DNA from: Archangium sp.
GTDB taxonomy: Bacteria; Myxococcota; Myxococcia; Myxococcales; Myxococcaceae
DNA length: 37,307 nucleotides
Direction of reading: 5' to 3'
NCBI GenBank assembly: GCA_044371205.1
Contig: JBILUC010000063.1
Span: 1 to 37,307 of the forward strand
A model generated the notes under the pieces. That model had not been told where the DNA came from. It saw nothing but the letters and a program-made list of their open reading frames with translations, and searched no databases. Made by a program: the position numbers and the translations under genes. Shown piece after piece: positions 1 through 7,516 of this stretch (positions are counted from its first letter, which is position 1; each line of letters begins with the position of its first letter).

Positions 1-1799
1 GTTCGCCCCTGGCAGCCCAACACGCGGTTCACCTCGGCGAGCGTCGTCTCGAAGAGGCGGTCAGCGGTCTCGACGTCGGCTGGGCTGACCCACTCGGGCG
101 GAGGGGCGGGCACGCCGCCATCGCCAGCGGGCCTGCACTTGCCGTTCGACGCCCGCGTGAAGCCCAGGTTGCAGACGCAGCCCGCGGGCGTGCAGACGCC
201 CGTCGAGGGAGACATCGTGAAGTCGCCGTCGCAGCTCGCGGCGTTGCCGACGGTGCAGGCTGCCTCGAAGTTGTTCCAATAGATCAGTGCGTCGGGGGCG
301 TGGGCGCCGACGTGCAGCAGCAGCTCGCTCCACAGCGGCGTTTTTCCCATGGGGAGTGGGTTGGCGCGCGCCGGCGGGTCGTCGATGACGTGCCAGGGCG
401 CAATCCACGGGGCCATGGGCACGGTGGGCCGCGCCAGCGCGCTCCCGCGGTAGGTGTTCACGCCGTAGCGGAAGCTGTTGAACTCGGTGGCGAGGTACGT
501 TGACGCCGGCGTCGGCGGACCCAGCTCGGGGATGTTGCGAGTCGCCAGCTGGCCCATCATGCCGTAGCACTGGGGAGATTGGTGGGTGCCCACGATGGCG
601 CCCTCGCCGAAGCGGCTCAGCACGTGCCCGTGCATGTCGAAGACAGGCAGGCTCGGCGACGTGAAGGCGTACTCGTAGTTCGACGCCCTCACCTGGGGGA
701 AGACGGCGCGTGCCGGCTCGTAGAGGCCAGTGGTGTAATAAGCGCCGGTGCGCTCGTGCATCAGCGCGTTCCACTGCAGGTACTTCTGGCCGCCGTTGGT
801 GACGTAGGTCACCGGACACAGGTCGACGGTCGAGAAGCCGGCGTCGGAGCGGGAGCGCCACACCTGGTCGAACGCCGGAAAGCGCGGGTCGGCGAGGGTC
901 GCCTGCCAGCGGGCCTGGGAGCGTGCCTGGGCGGCCGGGTTCGGCGGCGCCTGCAGGGCCTCGTCGCAGGCGCCCATCGTCCAGTTCGACAAAGACCACT
1001 CGACGTCGGCGAACAGCCAGTCCACGGTGAGGCCGGCGTCGGCGAGGCCGGCCATGACGGTGCGGACGTCGGAGGCGAGGCGCTCCGCCCCGCGGTCCCA
1101 CCAGATGGTCGGGCCCGCGCCGCCGTCGGGGAGGCCTCCGTCGCTGAAGTCTCGCGGGTCGAGGTGCGGCGCGCTGTCGGCGAATGTCGGAATCCAGAAG
1201 ATGGCCCGGTGGCCCGGAGCGCGCTGCCGCAGCCGGCTGGTGAGCTCGGCGAAGTTCCGCGCGAACCGTGTCTGGTTCCAGTGGCAATAGGCGGCGGGGG
1301 CCGAGCAGTTGACACACTCGGGAGCGCCGTTGTCGGTGCTCCAGGTGCAGAAGAGGTTGCCGCCGCCGTGGGCCGAGATGGGCTCCCCCGCGATGAGGGT
1401 GCCGCCCGGAGGCTGCTGGCCGCCGTCCCAGTGCGCGGGCACGTACCAGCTGTAAGCGTAGAGCGGGCGCGGGGCGCTGCATACGGACCCCAGCGGCTGG
1501 CATTCGGGAGCGCCCGCGTCGCTGCGGCAGCGCTCCCAGACGACGCCCGAGTCCCGCGTGCCGGCGTCGGTGGAGCCGGCGTCGGTGGAGCCAGCGTCCG
1601 CGGTGCCGGCGTCCATGGTGCCTGCGTCCGTGATGCCTGCGTCCGTGATGCCTGCGTCCGTGATGCCTGCGTCCGTGATGCCGGCGTCTGTGATGCCAGC
1701 GTCCGTGAGGGTTGGCGGTGTCGGCCCGCAGGCCAGGACTGAGAGCGCTCCGAGAAAGACCAACGGGCGATGGACGGTTCGTCGGCTCTGTGCCCGCAT
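1..1799 (-). CDS. Secreted lipoprotein (3' end beyond window start). It has an N-terminal signal/lipobox (MRAQSRRTVHRPLVFLGALSVLAC), about 9 tandem T-D-A-G-I pentapeptide repeats, an uncharacterised hydrolase-like middle region, and a C-terminal Cys-rich EGF/laminin-like module.
   Basis: This gene is not in the ORF track because its frame has no stop before position 1. I translated it by hand on the minus strand in the frame whose codon low ends are at multiples of 3. ATG at 1797-1799 is preceded by GAGGG. The frame is open and protein-like at every point checked (3-420, 660-780, 1500-1575, 1700-1800). Third positions are strongly G/C. The three listed ORFs covering this region (61..1818, 579..1742, 809..2044) are Arg/Pro-rich frame artefacts. 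Confidence 0.7.
   Translation of the reverse strand, partial: MRAQSRRTVHRPLVFLGALSVLACGPTPPTLTDAGITDAGITDAGITDAGITDAGITDAGTMDAGTADAGSTDAGSTDAGTRDSGVVWERCRSDAGAPECQPLGSVCSAPRPLYAYSWYVPAHWDGGQQPPGGTLIAGEPISAHGGGNLFCTWSTDNGAPECVNCSAPAAYCHWNQTRFARNFAELTSRLRQRAPGHRAIFWIPTFADSAPHLDPRDFSDGGLPDGGAGPTIWWDRGAERLASDVRTVMAGLADAGLTVDWLFADVEWSLSNWTMGACDEALQAPPNPAAQARSQARWQATLADPRFPAFDQVWRSRSDAGFSTVDLCPVTYVTNGGQKYLQWNALMHERTGAYYTTGLYEPARAVFPQVRASNYEYAFTSPSLPVFDMHGHVLSRFGEGAIVGTHQSPQCYGMMGQLATRNIPELGPPTPASTYLATEFNSFRYGVNTYRGSALARPTVPMAPWIAPWHVIDDPPARANPLPMGKTPLWSELLLHVGAHAPDALIYWNNFEAACTVGNAASCDGDFTMSPSTGVCTPAGCVCNLGFTRASNGKCRPAGDGGVPAPPPEWVSPADVETADRLFETTLAEVNRVLGCQGR
1561..1710. repeat. 15-bp tandem repeat (consensus gcctgcgtccgtgat), about 9-10 copies. 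Four perfect copies lie at about 1620-1680. The repeat encodes the (T-D-A-G-I)n linker of the lipoprotein on the minus strand.
   Basis: Directly visible periodic sequence. It also explains the RRHHGRR periodicity of the spurious ORF 61..1818. Confidence 0.85.
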
Positions 1800-1998
1800 G
1801 AGACCCTCGCGCAAACAAAGCAGGCTACACGAGCGTGCAGTGGCAGGTCGAGGGTTGGCGGAGCTCGTCGCGGCTCGCAGCGCCTTGTCACGTGGGTGTG
1901 GCGGGTTGGCGCCCGCCAGCTCACGCGGCAACCCCGTGAATTGTGAAGAGCGCGCAACCGCCATGTCCTCCCTCGACCTCTGATTTCGAGGAGAGGAC

Positions 1999-4593
1999 AT
2001 GCCCCCCGTCCCCCTCCAGAAGGCAGTTGGTCGCGCGAACTCACTCGAGCCGAAGCAGGCTGCGCTCAAGCTCGCCCGCACGCCCCTCGAGCTGGGGGCG
2101 CTGGCTCAAGAAGCCGCCCTCGCTCAAGGCGAGTGGTTGAAGCTCAGAGACGCAGTCACTGCGCTCAGGCAGCAACTCCCGGCGACGACGGGCCCTGCCC
2201 TCACGGCGCTGGCGAAGAAGGTCGCCTTGCTCGAGACGAAGCGCGACGGGGCGCTCGACAAGTCTTCCCGGCTCTCGGCCACCGTGAATCAATCGGTCAG
2301 AGCGCTCCGAGGGAAGGGGGGCGACTCGAAGGTCAAGGCGCAGGCTGGTCACGAGGTGCTCTCGAAGATCTCCATTGAGCTGGCGGCCACACGCGCCGAA
2401 GTCATCACGCTCAAGGCCGGGAAGCTCATGTTGGAAAACGCTCGTCCGTTCTCGCGCAGCAAGGTGCTCGAGGTGGAGGGGAAGCTCGCCAGGGCCGAAG
2501 CGAAGGTCGCCACGCTCGAGGCAGCCTCCGCTGCGATGACCCAGGACCTGCAGACGAACCAGCGCGCGGCGCTCGAAGACGCCCAGCGTTTCAAGGCATC
2601 CGACCAGCGAATGGCGGACCTCAACGACGTGGCAAGCCTCACCTGGGCAGCGCAGGTCAAGCTCGTCGGCGCGCCCGTGAGAGACGTCAGCGCAGACGAG
2701 GCGGCACGTAACGACCGCAGACTCGTGTCGATCACCGTGGGGGCCAGTCCAGAGAACGGCGCGAAGATGCTCGCGCTCCAGCTCGAGAGGTCGAGCCCGG
2801 AGCAGCAACTCAAGCTCGTTACCGCTGCCGCGAATCACATCAAGACCATCGCGCGTCAGGCCGGCGGTCAGGGAGTCGGGGCTCCGTTTCTCCAGGCAAT
2901 CGCCAACGCGAAGGGCCCCGCACAAAGGCGCTTGATGGACGCGCTCATCGAGGAGCTGCCGCCCGCAAGCCTCCAGCTCGTGATGGGCCGCCTCGTCGAG
3001 CAGAAGCTCGCCCACGGCGAACACTTCGCGGTCGCGGGCGCGATGATTCAGGGTCTCCATGCGGCCGGCCACACCGGGAAAGCCGACGAGTTGGGCAAAG
3101 CCGTCGCTGCGTCCCTGAGCAAGCTGCGCGGGGAATTTCAAACCTCCAGGGCGAAGGTCGACACGCTCAACGGCAGGTTCAGCCGCGCGACGTTCGGCTT
3201 CGGTGACGCGATTCCCCCCGAAACGCTCAAGGCCTTTCGCGATCGGTACCTCAAGAAGCACGCCGAGGCGTACCAGGCGTTCGACGGCGCGAGCACGAAG
3301 TACCTCAAGGCGCTCGAGGCAGCTCACGCGCTCCAACCCGAAAAGGGCACCAAGGCGCCAAACACCCCGATGCAAGCGCTGGCCGCGAGGGCTGGCAGGC
3401 CGGTGCCTTCCCTCGAGGCTGAGCTCACCCGGCTCTCCGGCCACGCGGAGGCGCTCTTCGAGTCGAAGGCCGGCCAGAAGATGTTGACGGCGGCTTTCGA
3501 GCTTCAGCTTCAGGGTGAGCCCTCGCTGCTGGACACGTTGATGGGCGGCGTGGGCGACGCGAAGTCAGCGCTCTCGCTCACCAGGGACTCGGCTGGCGTG
3601 CTCGCCCGCACCCTGGTCGCGGTGACGGCTGGCAAGGGCATGGACGCGGTCGGCAAGCTCATCGAGCAAAACGGTGACCTGCTCGGAATTCCGCAAGACA
3701 AGGTGTGGGACTTCAAGGTGCTGGCGGCCAGGTCGAACCTCGGCCAACTCGACGACGCAGCTCAGAAGGCGGCGCTGCGCGACATCGAAGGCGGTCACTA
3801 TGGGCCGTCGGTGAAGGCGCTGGGCCTGCTGCTCACCGCGCCGGGCCTCATTCAGAGCTGGTCGAACGTGGGCGGGAGTTCGAAGTTCGAGCAGACCAAA
3901 CTTGCCGTCGACACGCTGGGCTTTGGCGCAGACCTGGTGAAGCTGCTGAGCAAAGGCGAGGTGCTGCAGCGCTTCGCGAGCAAGGCCGGCAACGTGGTCG
4001 GCGTGGTGGCGATTCCGCTCGAGGTGCTCTCGGGTCTGGGCGAGCTGATGGACGGGAAGATCGTCGACGGCTCGATGTCTCTGGCGTCTGCGCTCGGAGC
4101 AGGCCTGATGATGGCGCCCGGCGGTCAGCTCGTCGGCGCGGCAATCATCCTGGGGTCGGCCGTCGCGAAGAAGTTGTGGGGCGACGACCCCTCTGCGCGC
4201 GCCGAGCTGGCGGCCGAGGCCGAGGTGAAGGAGCTCCTCGAGTTCGCTGGCTTGAGTGCTGACTCCGCTTCGGTGCTCTCTGACGTGCTGGAAGAAGGGC
4301 AGCGCAGCATGGGACCCTTCATCAGTCAGATGGCCAGACACCTCAAGCTCAAGCCGGAAGTCCTCTTGAAGCACCTCAGCGGGCTGGAGAAGGGAGCGCT
4401 CCGAGAGTTGGTGATGATGGCCAAGAGCATGCCTGATGACGGCAATTGGGCGCTCCCCGCTTCGAAGACCGACGAGACGGATCGCTCGGACATGCGCCAG
4501 CGATTGGGCGGCATCTACCTCGGCCCCAAGAGCCTCGAGAGCGCAGCGGCATGGATGAAGAAGAGGAAGGGGATGCTCCCGGAAGGGGCATAG
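1999..4593 (+). CDS. Large Ala-rich coiled-coil hypothetical protein (864 aa) with no signal peptide. The C-terminal region carries two hydrophobic glycine-zipper segments (ASALGAGLMMAPGGQLVGAAIILGSAVA), suggesting a membrane-inserting hairpin.
   Basis: ORF-track ORF with ATG at 1999 preceded by GAGGAGAGG. The composition is diverse and protein-like. Overlapping antisense ORFs 2041..3444 and 3565..4611 are Arg-rich artefacts. Confidence 0.75.
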   Translation: MPPVPLQKAVGRANSLEPKQAALKLARTPLELGALAQEAALAQGEWLKLRDAVTALRQQLPATTGPALTALAKKVALLETKRDGALDKSSRLSATVNQSVRALRGKGGDSKVKAQAGHEVLSKISIELAATRAEVITLKAGKLMLENARPFSRSKVLEVEGKLARAEAKVATLEAASAAMTQDLQTNQRAALEDAQRFKASDQRMADLNDVASLTWAAQVKLVGAPVRDVSADEAARNDRRLVSITVGASPENGAKMLALQLERSSPEQQLKLVTAAANHIKTIARQAGGQGVGAPFLQAIANAKGPAQRRLMDALIEELPPASLQLVMGRLVEQKLAHGEHFAVAGAMIQGLHAAGHTGKADELGKAVAASLSKLRGEFQTSRAKVDTLNGRFSRATFGFGDAIPPETLKAFRDRYLKKHAEAYQAFDGASTKYLKALEAAHALQPEKGTKAPNTPMQALAARAGRPVPSLEAELTRLSGHAEALFESKAGQKMLTAAFELQLQGEPSLLDTLMGGVGDAKSALSLTRDSAGVLARTLVAVTAGKGMDAVGKLIEQNGDLLGIPQDKVWDFKVLAARSNLGQLDDAAQKAALRDIEGGHYGPSVKALGLLLTAPGLIQSWSNVGGSSKFEQTKLAVDTLGFGADLVKLLSKGEVLQRFASKAGNVVGVVAIPLEVLSGLGELMDGKIVDGSMSLASALGAGLMMAPGGQLVGAAIILGSAVAKKLWGDDPSARAELAAEAEVKELLEFAGLSADSASVLSDVLEEGQRSMGPFISQMARHLKLKPEVLLKHLSGLEKGALRELVMMAKSMPDDGNWALPASKTDETDRSDMRQRLGGIYLGPKSLESAAAWMKKRKGMLPEGA

Positions 4594-4751
4594 TTCTCGG
4601 CGGAAGAGCACCGCCGCAGGTGAAGACCGCCATTCAGCTCAACCCAGGTGACGCCGGGCCGTGGCGGGTGCGCCTCGGCGCCGCGTTGGACTTCGCGGTG
4701 CCAGACGTCGTGAGCGTGGCAGTGTCGTGCACGTGGACCGCGGTCTTGCGG

Positions 4752-5153
4752 TCAGCGCTCGATGCGGGGTGTGACGCTTCGCCCTCGACGGCGGTGGACC
4801 CCGGCACGCAGCACCACGAGCAACAGCGCGGCGGGTGAGAACGTCCAAAGGCTCCCGCACGCGCAGCCGACGGCGAGGTCTCTGCGAGGTCCGGGGGGTT
4901 GCGCGCTGTCTGGCGGCATTCCGCTGTCCGGCGGCGGTTCGCTGCTGATGACGAACGCCGAGTGCGCGCTGAGTTGACCGCTCGTCCCTTCGAACCAACC
5001 GAGCGCGACCGAGTCGCCGGGGCCGATGGTCACTTCGGGCCACGACGCATGCTGCGTGGTGATGCCGTTGAGTGCGCACGTCTCCCAGCCCGTCTGCGTG
5101 GACGCGTAGAGCGCGAGGCCCGAGCCGCCGTCGAGCGCCACCTGGGTCACCAT
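4752..5153 (-). CDS. Small ORF (133 aa) ending in a MYXO-CTERM-like sorting tail (GCACGS, then hydrophobic AALLLVVL, then RAGVHRRRGR). No recognisable signal peptide, so possibly a gene fragment.
   Basis: This is the 3' portion of track ORF 4752..5837, from the internal ATG at 5151-5153. GC3 is high only over this segment. Upstream of about 5200 the same frame loses third-position bias and overlaps the real peptidase gene in another frame. Confidence 0.3.
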   Translation of the reverse strand: MVTQVALDGGSGLALYASTQTGWETCALNGITTQHASWPEVTIGPGDSVALGWFEGTSGQLSAHSAFVISSEPPPDSGMPPDSAQPPGPRRDLAVGCACGSLWTFSPAALLLVVLRAGVHRRRGRSVTPRIER

Positions 5154-5413
5154 GAGCACGTGGTCACGCGTGTCGCGAGCGAGCGTCGCGCGAATGCCAG
5201 GCACGCAGCGCCGGCTGCTCAGTCCTTTGGCGCGCTGGTGAGTCGTCTCGAGGACTGCACTGCGCCGTGAAGAGGCAGCGCGTGATGGGCACGAGCACGG
5301 TGATGCTGAGTCTGTTGCACCAACACTCGCTGTCGGGTGTTCGCTGTCGGCCTCTCGACGTCGAGGCCTTCGTCGCGGCGCACGTGAAGCGTTTCGTGAA
5401 GGCGTGGAGCTGA

Positions 5414-7138
5414 TTACGGCGCTGTGAGCTGCAGCGAGCCCAGCCACGACTCGAGCTGCTGCCGCGCTCCGGCGTGCATCGCGACGCCCCACACCACGAC
5501 GCTCGCCGTGCCGTTGAGCACCGGCACCCGCACCGTGCGCATCACCACCGAGGCCCCGAGCTCGCTCGTCGCCTGCTCCGCCCCTGCGAACGTCATCGGC
5601 GCCCACGTGAACGAGCGCGGCACCTGCACTTCGGTCGCGTCGACCTCGTTCGAAATCATCCACGCGCCTGCCGAGGTCACCGCCTGCACCTCCGCGTCGA
5701 GGCGCGAGCTCGGCTCGTCGGCGAACGTCACCTGCAACCAGACCCCGGGCGCGCGCGCCTCGAGGAGCAACTTCTCCGCGCGGGTCGAGGTCATTCCCGG
5801 CAGCCGCAGTGAAAGACCGAGCGCATCGTGTCGCCACGTCTCACCGTCCAGCTTCCCCGGCCCCACTTCTCGAAACGCCTTCGCCCGGTCTCGCGCCGAC
5901 AGCTCGCCACCCAACGGCGCGCCGACGCTCTCGAGCGGCGTGCGGCTCGCCGACTTCGCCAACCGCTTCCCGTCGGCCGACGGCGCGTTCAACACCACCG
6001 CCACCACGCCAGCGCGTTGCTCGAAGGCCGGCCCCACCCGCGCGAGGTTCGCGACCTTCTCGTCGGTGTCGAGGCCCACACACCGCAACACCATCTGCGT
6101 GTAGGCCTGACCCAGCGGCCCGTGTGACGCCCACGCGGTCACCCAGGTCAACGTTCCGTTCGAGCGGCGGAAGGCGTCGTCGACGTAGTTCTCTTCGAGC
6201 CGCTCGAAGAAGCCCGGTGGCGGCGGCGGGTCGGCCCGCGAGAGACACGACTGCAACAGCCCGCGAAGCCCGAACAGCCCCAGCCGTCGCGGTGGCGTCG
6301 TCAACGGCGCGAGCCGCTGGGTGCCCTCACTGAGCCAGCGCTGCGTCGAGAAGAACGCCTCGAGCCCCATGGGAGGGCCGCGCAGCACCCGATTCACCAG
6401 CTCGAGCCCGCCCGTCGCGTAGAGGTCTGCGAAGAAGCGCGTGCCCAGCGAGTACGGCAGCTGCGCCCACTCGAGGTACAGCCCTTCACGTGGACTCTTC
6501 GCCGCTGCGCGAGCCGCCGCCAACTCCAGCGACAGCTCCGGCTCGAAGCGCGCGCGCTCGATGACTCGAGCCGGAGCGCGTCCGCTGCGCTTCGCCTGCC
6601 ACAACAGCGCGCTCAAGGTCGCGTCGCCTTCGATGAGCGCACGCCAGGCCATCGGCTCTCCCGCGAACTCAGGCATGCGCGCGAAGAGGCCCTGCTGGTC
6701 TTGCAGCACGTGCCCCAGCTCGTGCGCGAGGACGAACAAGGCGTCACCTTCGGCGACCCGGCGACGCACCACGATGCGCTTGCCGAAGCGGTCGTAGAAG
6801 GCCTGCGTCACGCGCGCGAGGGTGTCGTCGGCGTCGACGGGCGGGCTCGCAGCCCCGAGGAACTCGGCCAACACCTCGTTCGAGGCGCGCGCAAAGTCGG
6901 GCGTGGGTTGTTGCGTCATCGCTTCGGCGAAGGCGGCGTCGTCGAGCTCGACCACCTCGAACGTCGCGGTCAGCTCGAGGCCCCGCGCCGCAGCCACCTC
7001 GCGCGCGAGCGCCTGCACGTCCCCGTACCAGGGCTTCGGTGCCTCCACCGGTGGAGGAGGAGACACGACGACCGCCGGTGCGTGCGCACAGCCCAACAGC
7101 GAGAACACCGCGAGCGCCGCGATCGAGCGCAGCCCCAT
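5414..7138 (-). CDS. Secreted zinc metallopeptidase lipoprotein with a HExxH motif (HELGH).
   Basis: Signal peptide plus lipobox (LAVFSLLGCAHAP). HELGHVLQDQQ zincin motif. The protein is diverse in composition and 574 aa long. Confidence 0.8.
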   Translation of the reverse strand: MGLRSIAALAVFSLLGCAHAPAVVVSPPPPVEAPKPWYGDVQALAREVAAARGLELTATFEVVELDDAAFAEAMTQQPTPDFARASNEVLAEFLGAASPPVDADDTLARVTQAFYDRFGKRIVVRRRVAEGDALFVLAHELGHVLQDQQGLFARMPEFAGEPMAWRALIEGDATLSALLWQAKRSGRAPARVIERARFEPELSLELAAARAAAKSPREGLYLEWAQLPYSLGTRFFADLYATGGLELVNRVLRGPPMGLEAFFSTQRWLSEGTQRLAPLTTPPRRLGLFGLRGLLQSCLSRADPPPPPGFFERLEENYVDDAFRRSNGTLTWVTAWASHGPLGQAYTQMVLRCVGLDTDEKVANLARVGPAFEQRAGVVAVVLNAPSADGKRLAKSASRTPLESVGAPLGGELSARDRAKAFREVGPGKLDGETWRHDALGLSLRLPGMTSTRAEKLLLEARAPGVWLQVTFADEPSSRLDAEVQAVTSAGAWMISNEVDATEVQVPRSFTWAPMTFAGAEQATSELGASVVMRTVRVPVLNGTASVVVWGVAMHAGARQQLESWLGSLQLTAP

Positions 7139-7143
7139 CTCGT

Positions 7144-7485
7144 TCAGGACCCGACGTTCACGCCGGGCTGGGTGCCCTCTTCGATTTCGTCGATGGTCTT
7201 CTCGGGCTCGAGCGACTGACCGACCTCGAAGTACTGCCAGAGGCGTTTGGCGGTGGCGGCGCCCGCATCGACGAGCTCAGCGCGCCTGGTGGCGAACTCG
7301 AGCAGCGCCTCACCGAGCTTCACGAGGTCGCCGTCTTTCTCGACCACCACGCGAATGAAGTCGGCGTGCGCCTTCGTCTCGAGCAGGCCGCAGAACACGA
7401 GGAAGGCCCACGCCCGCTCTGCGTCATCGAAGGGGCACAGCTCCACGCAGGTCTGCAGCAGCGTCGACTCGTCAAAGGACTGCAT
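7144..7485 (-). CDS. Small cytoplasmic hypothetical protein (113 aa). It lies immediately upstream of the metallopeptidase with a 5-nt gap and is likely co-transcribed with it.
   Basis: ATG at 7485 is preceded by GAGGT. The composition is protein-like (MQSFDESTLLQTCVELCPFDDAERAWAF...). Third positions are G/C-rich. Confidence 0.6.
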   Translation of the reverse strand: MQSFDESTLLQTCVELCPFDDAERAWAFLVFCGLLETKAHADFIRVVVEKDGDLVKLGEALLEFATRRAELVDAGAATAKRLWQYFEVGQSLEPEKTIDEIEEGTQPGVNVGS

Positions 7486-7516
7486 CTGACCTCGCTAACA
7501 ACTCACGCGTGACGTG

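Noticed and set aside
61-2044. Track ORFs 61..1818(-), 579..1742(+), 809..2044(-) and 1558..1983(+)
   Set aside because: They are rich in Arg/His/Pro/Ser or are periodic junk such as RRHHGRR. They lack GC3 bias, and they overlap a hand-translated third minus frame that is open and protein-like from the left window edge to 1799. The periodicity is just the 15-bp DNA repeat read out of frame.
2041-4633. Antisense ORFs 2041..3444(-), 3565..4611(-), 3705..4262(+) and others inside the 864-aa gene
   Set aside because: Arg/Leu/Glu-rich mirror-frame artefacts of the Ala-rich plus-strand gene.
5284-5415. 43-aa plus-strand ORF MGTSTVMLSLLHQHSLSGVRCRPLDVEAFVAAHVKRFVKAWS just downstream of the peptidase stop
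   Set aside because: Too short and unsupported. It is probably intergenic.
4752-5837. Full-length 361-aa ORF 4752..5837(-)
   Set aside because: Only the last 133 codons show coding bias. The upstream part (MATRCARSF... RRGGAGGD...) overlaps the metallopeptidase gene in another frame and is Gly/Arg junk.
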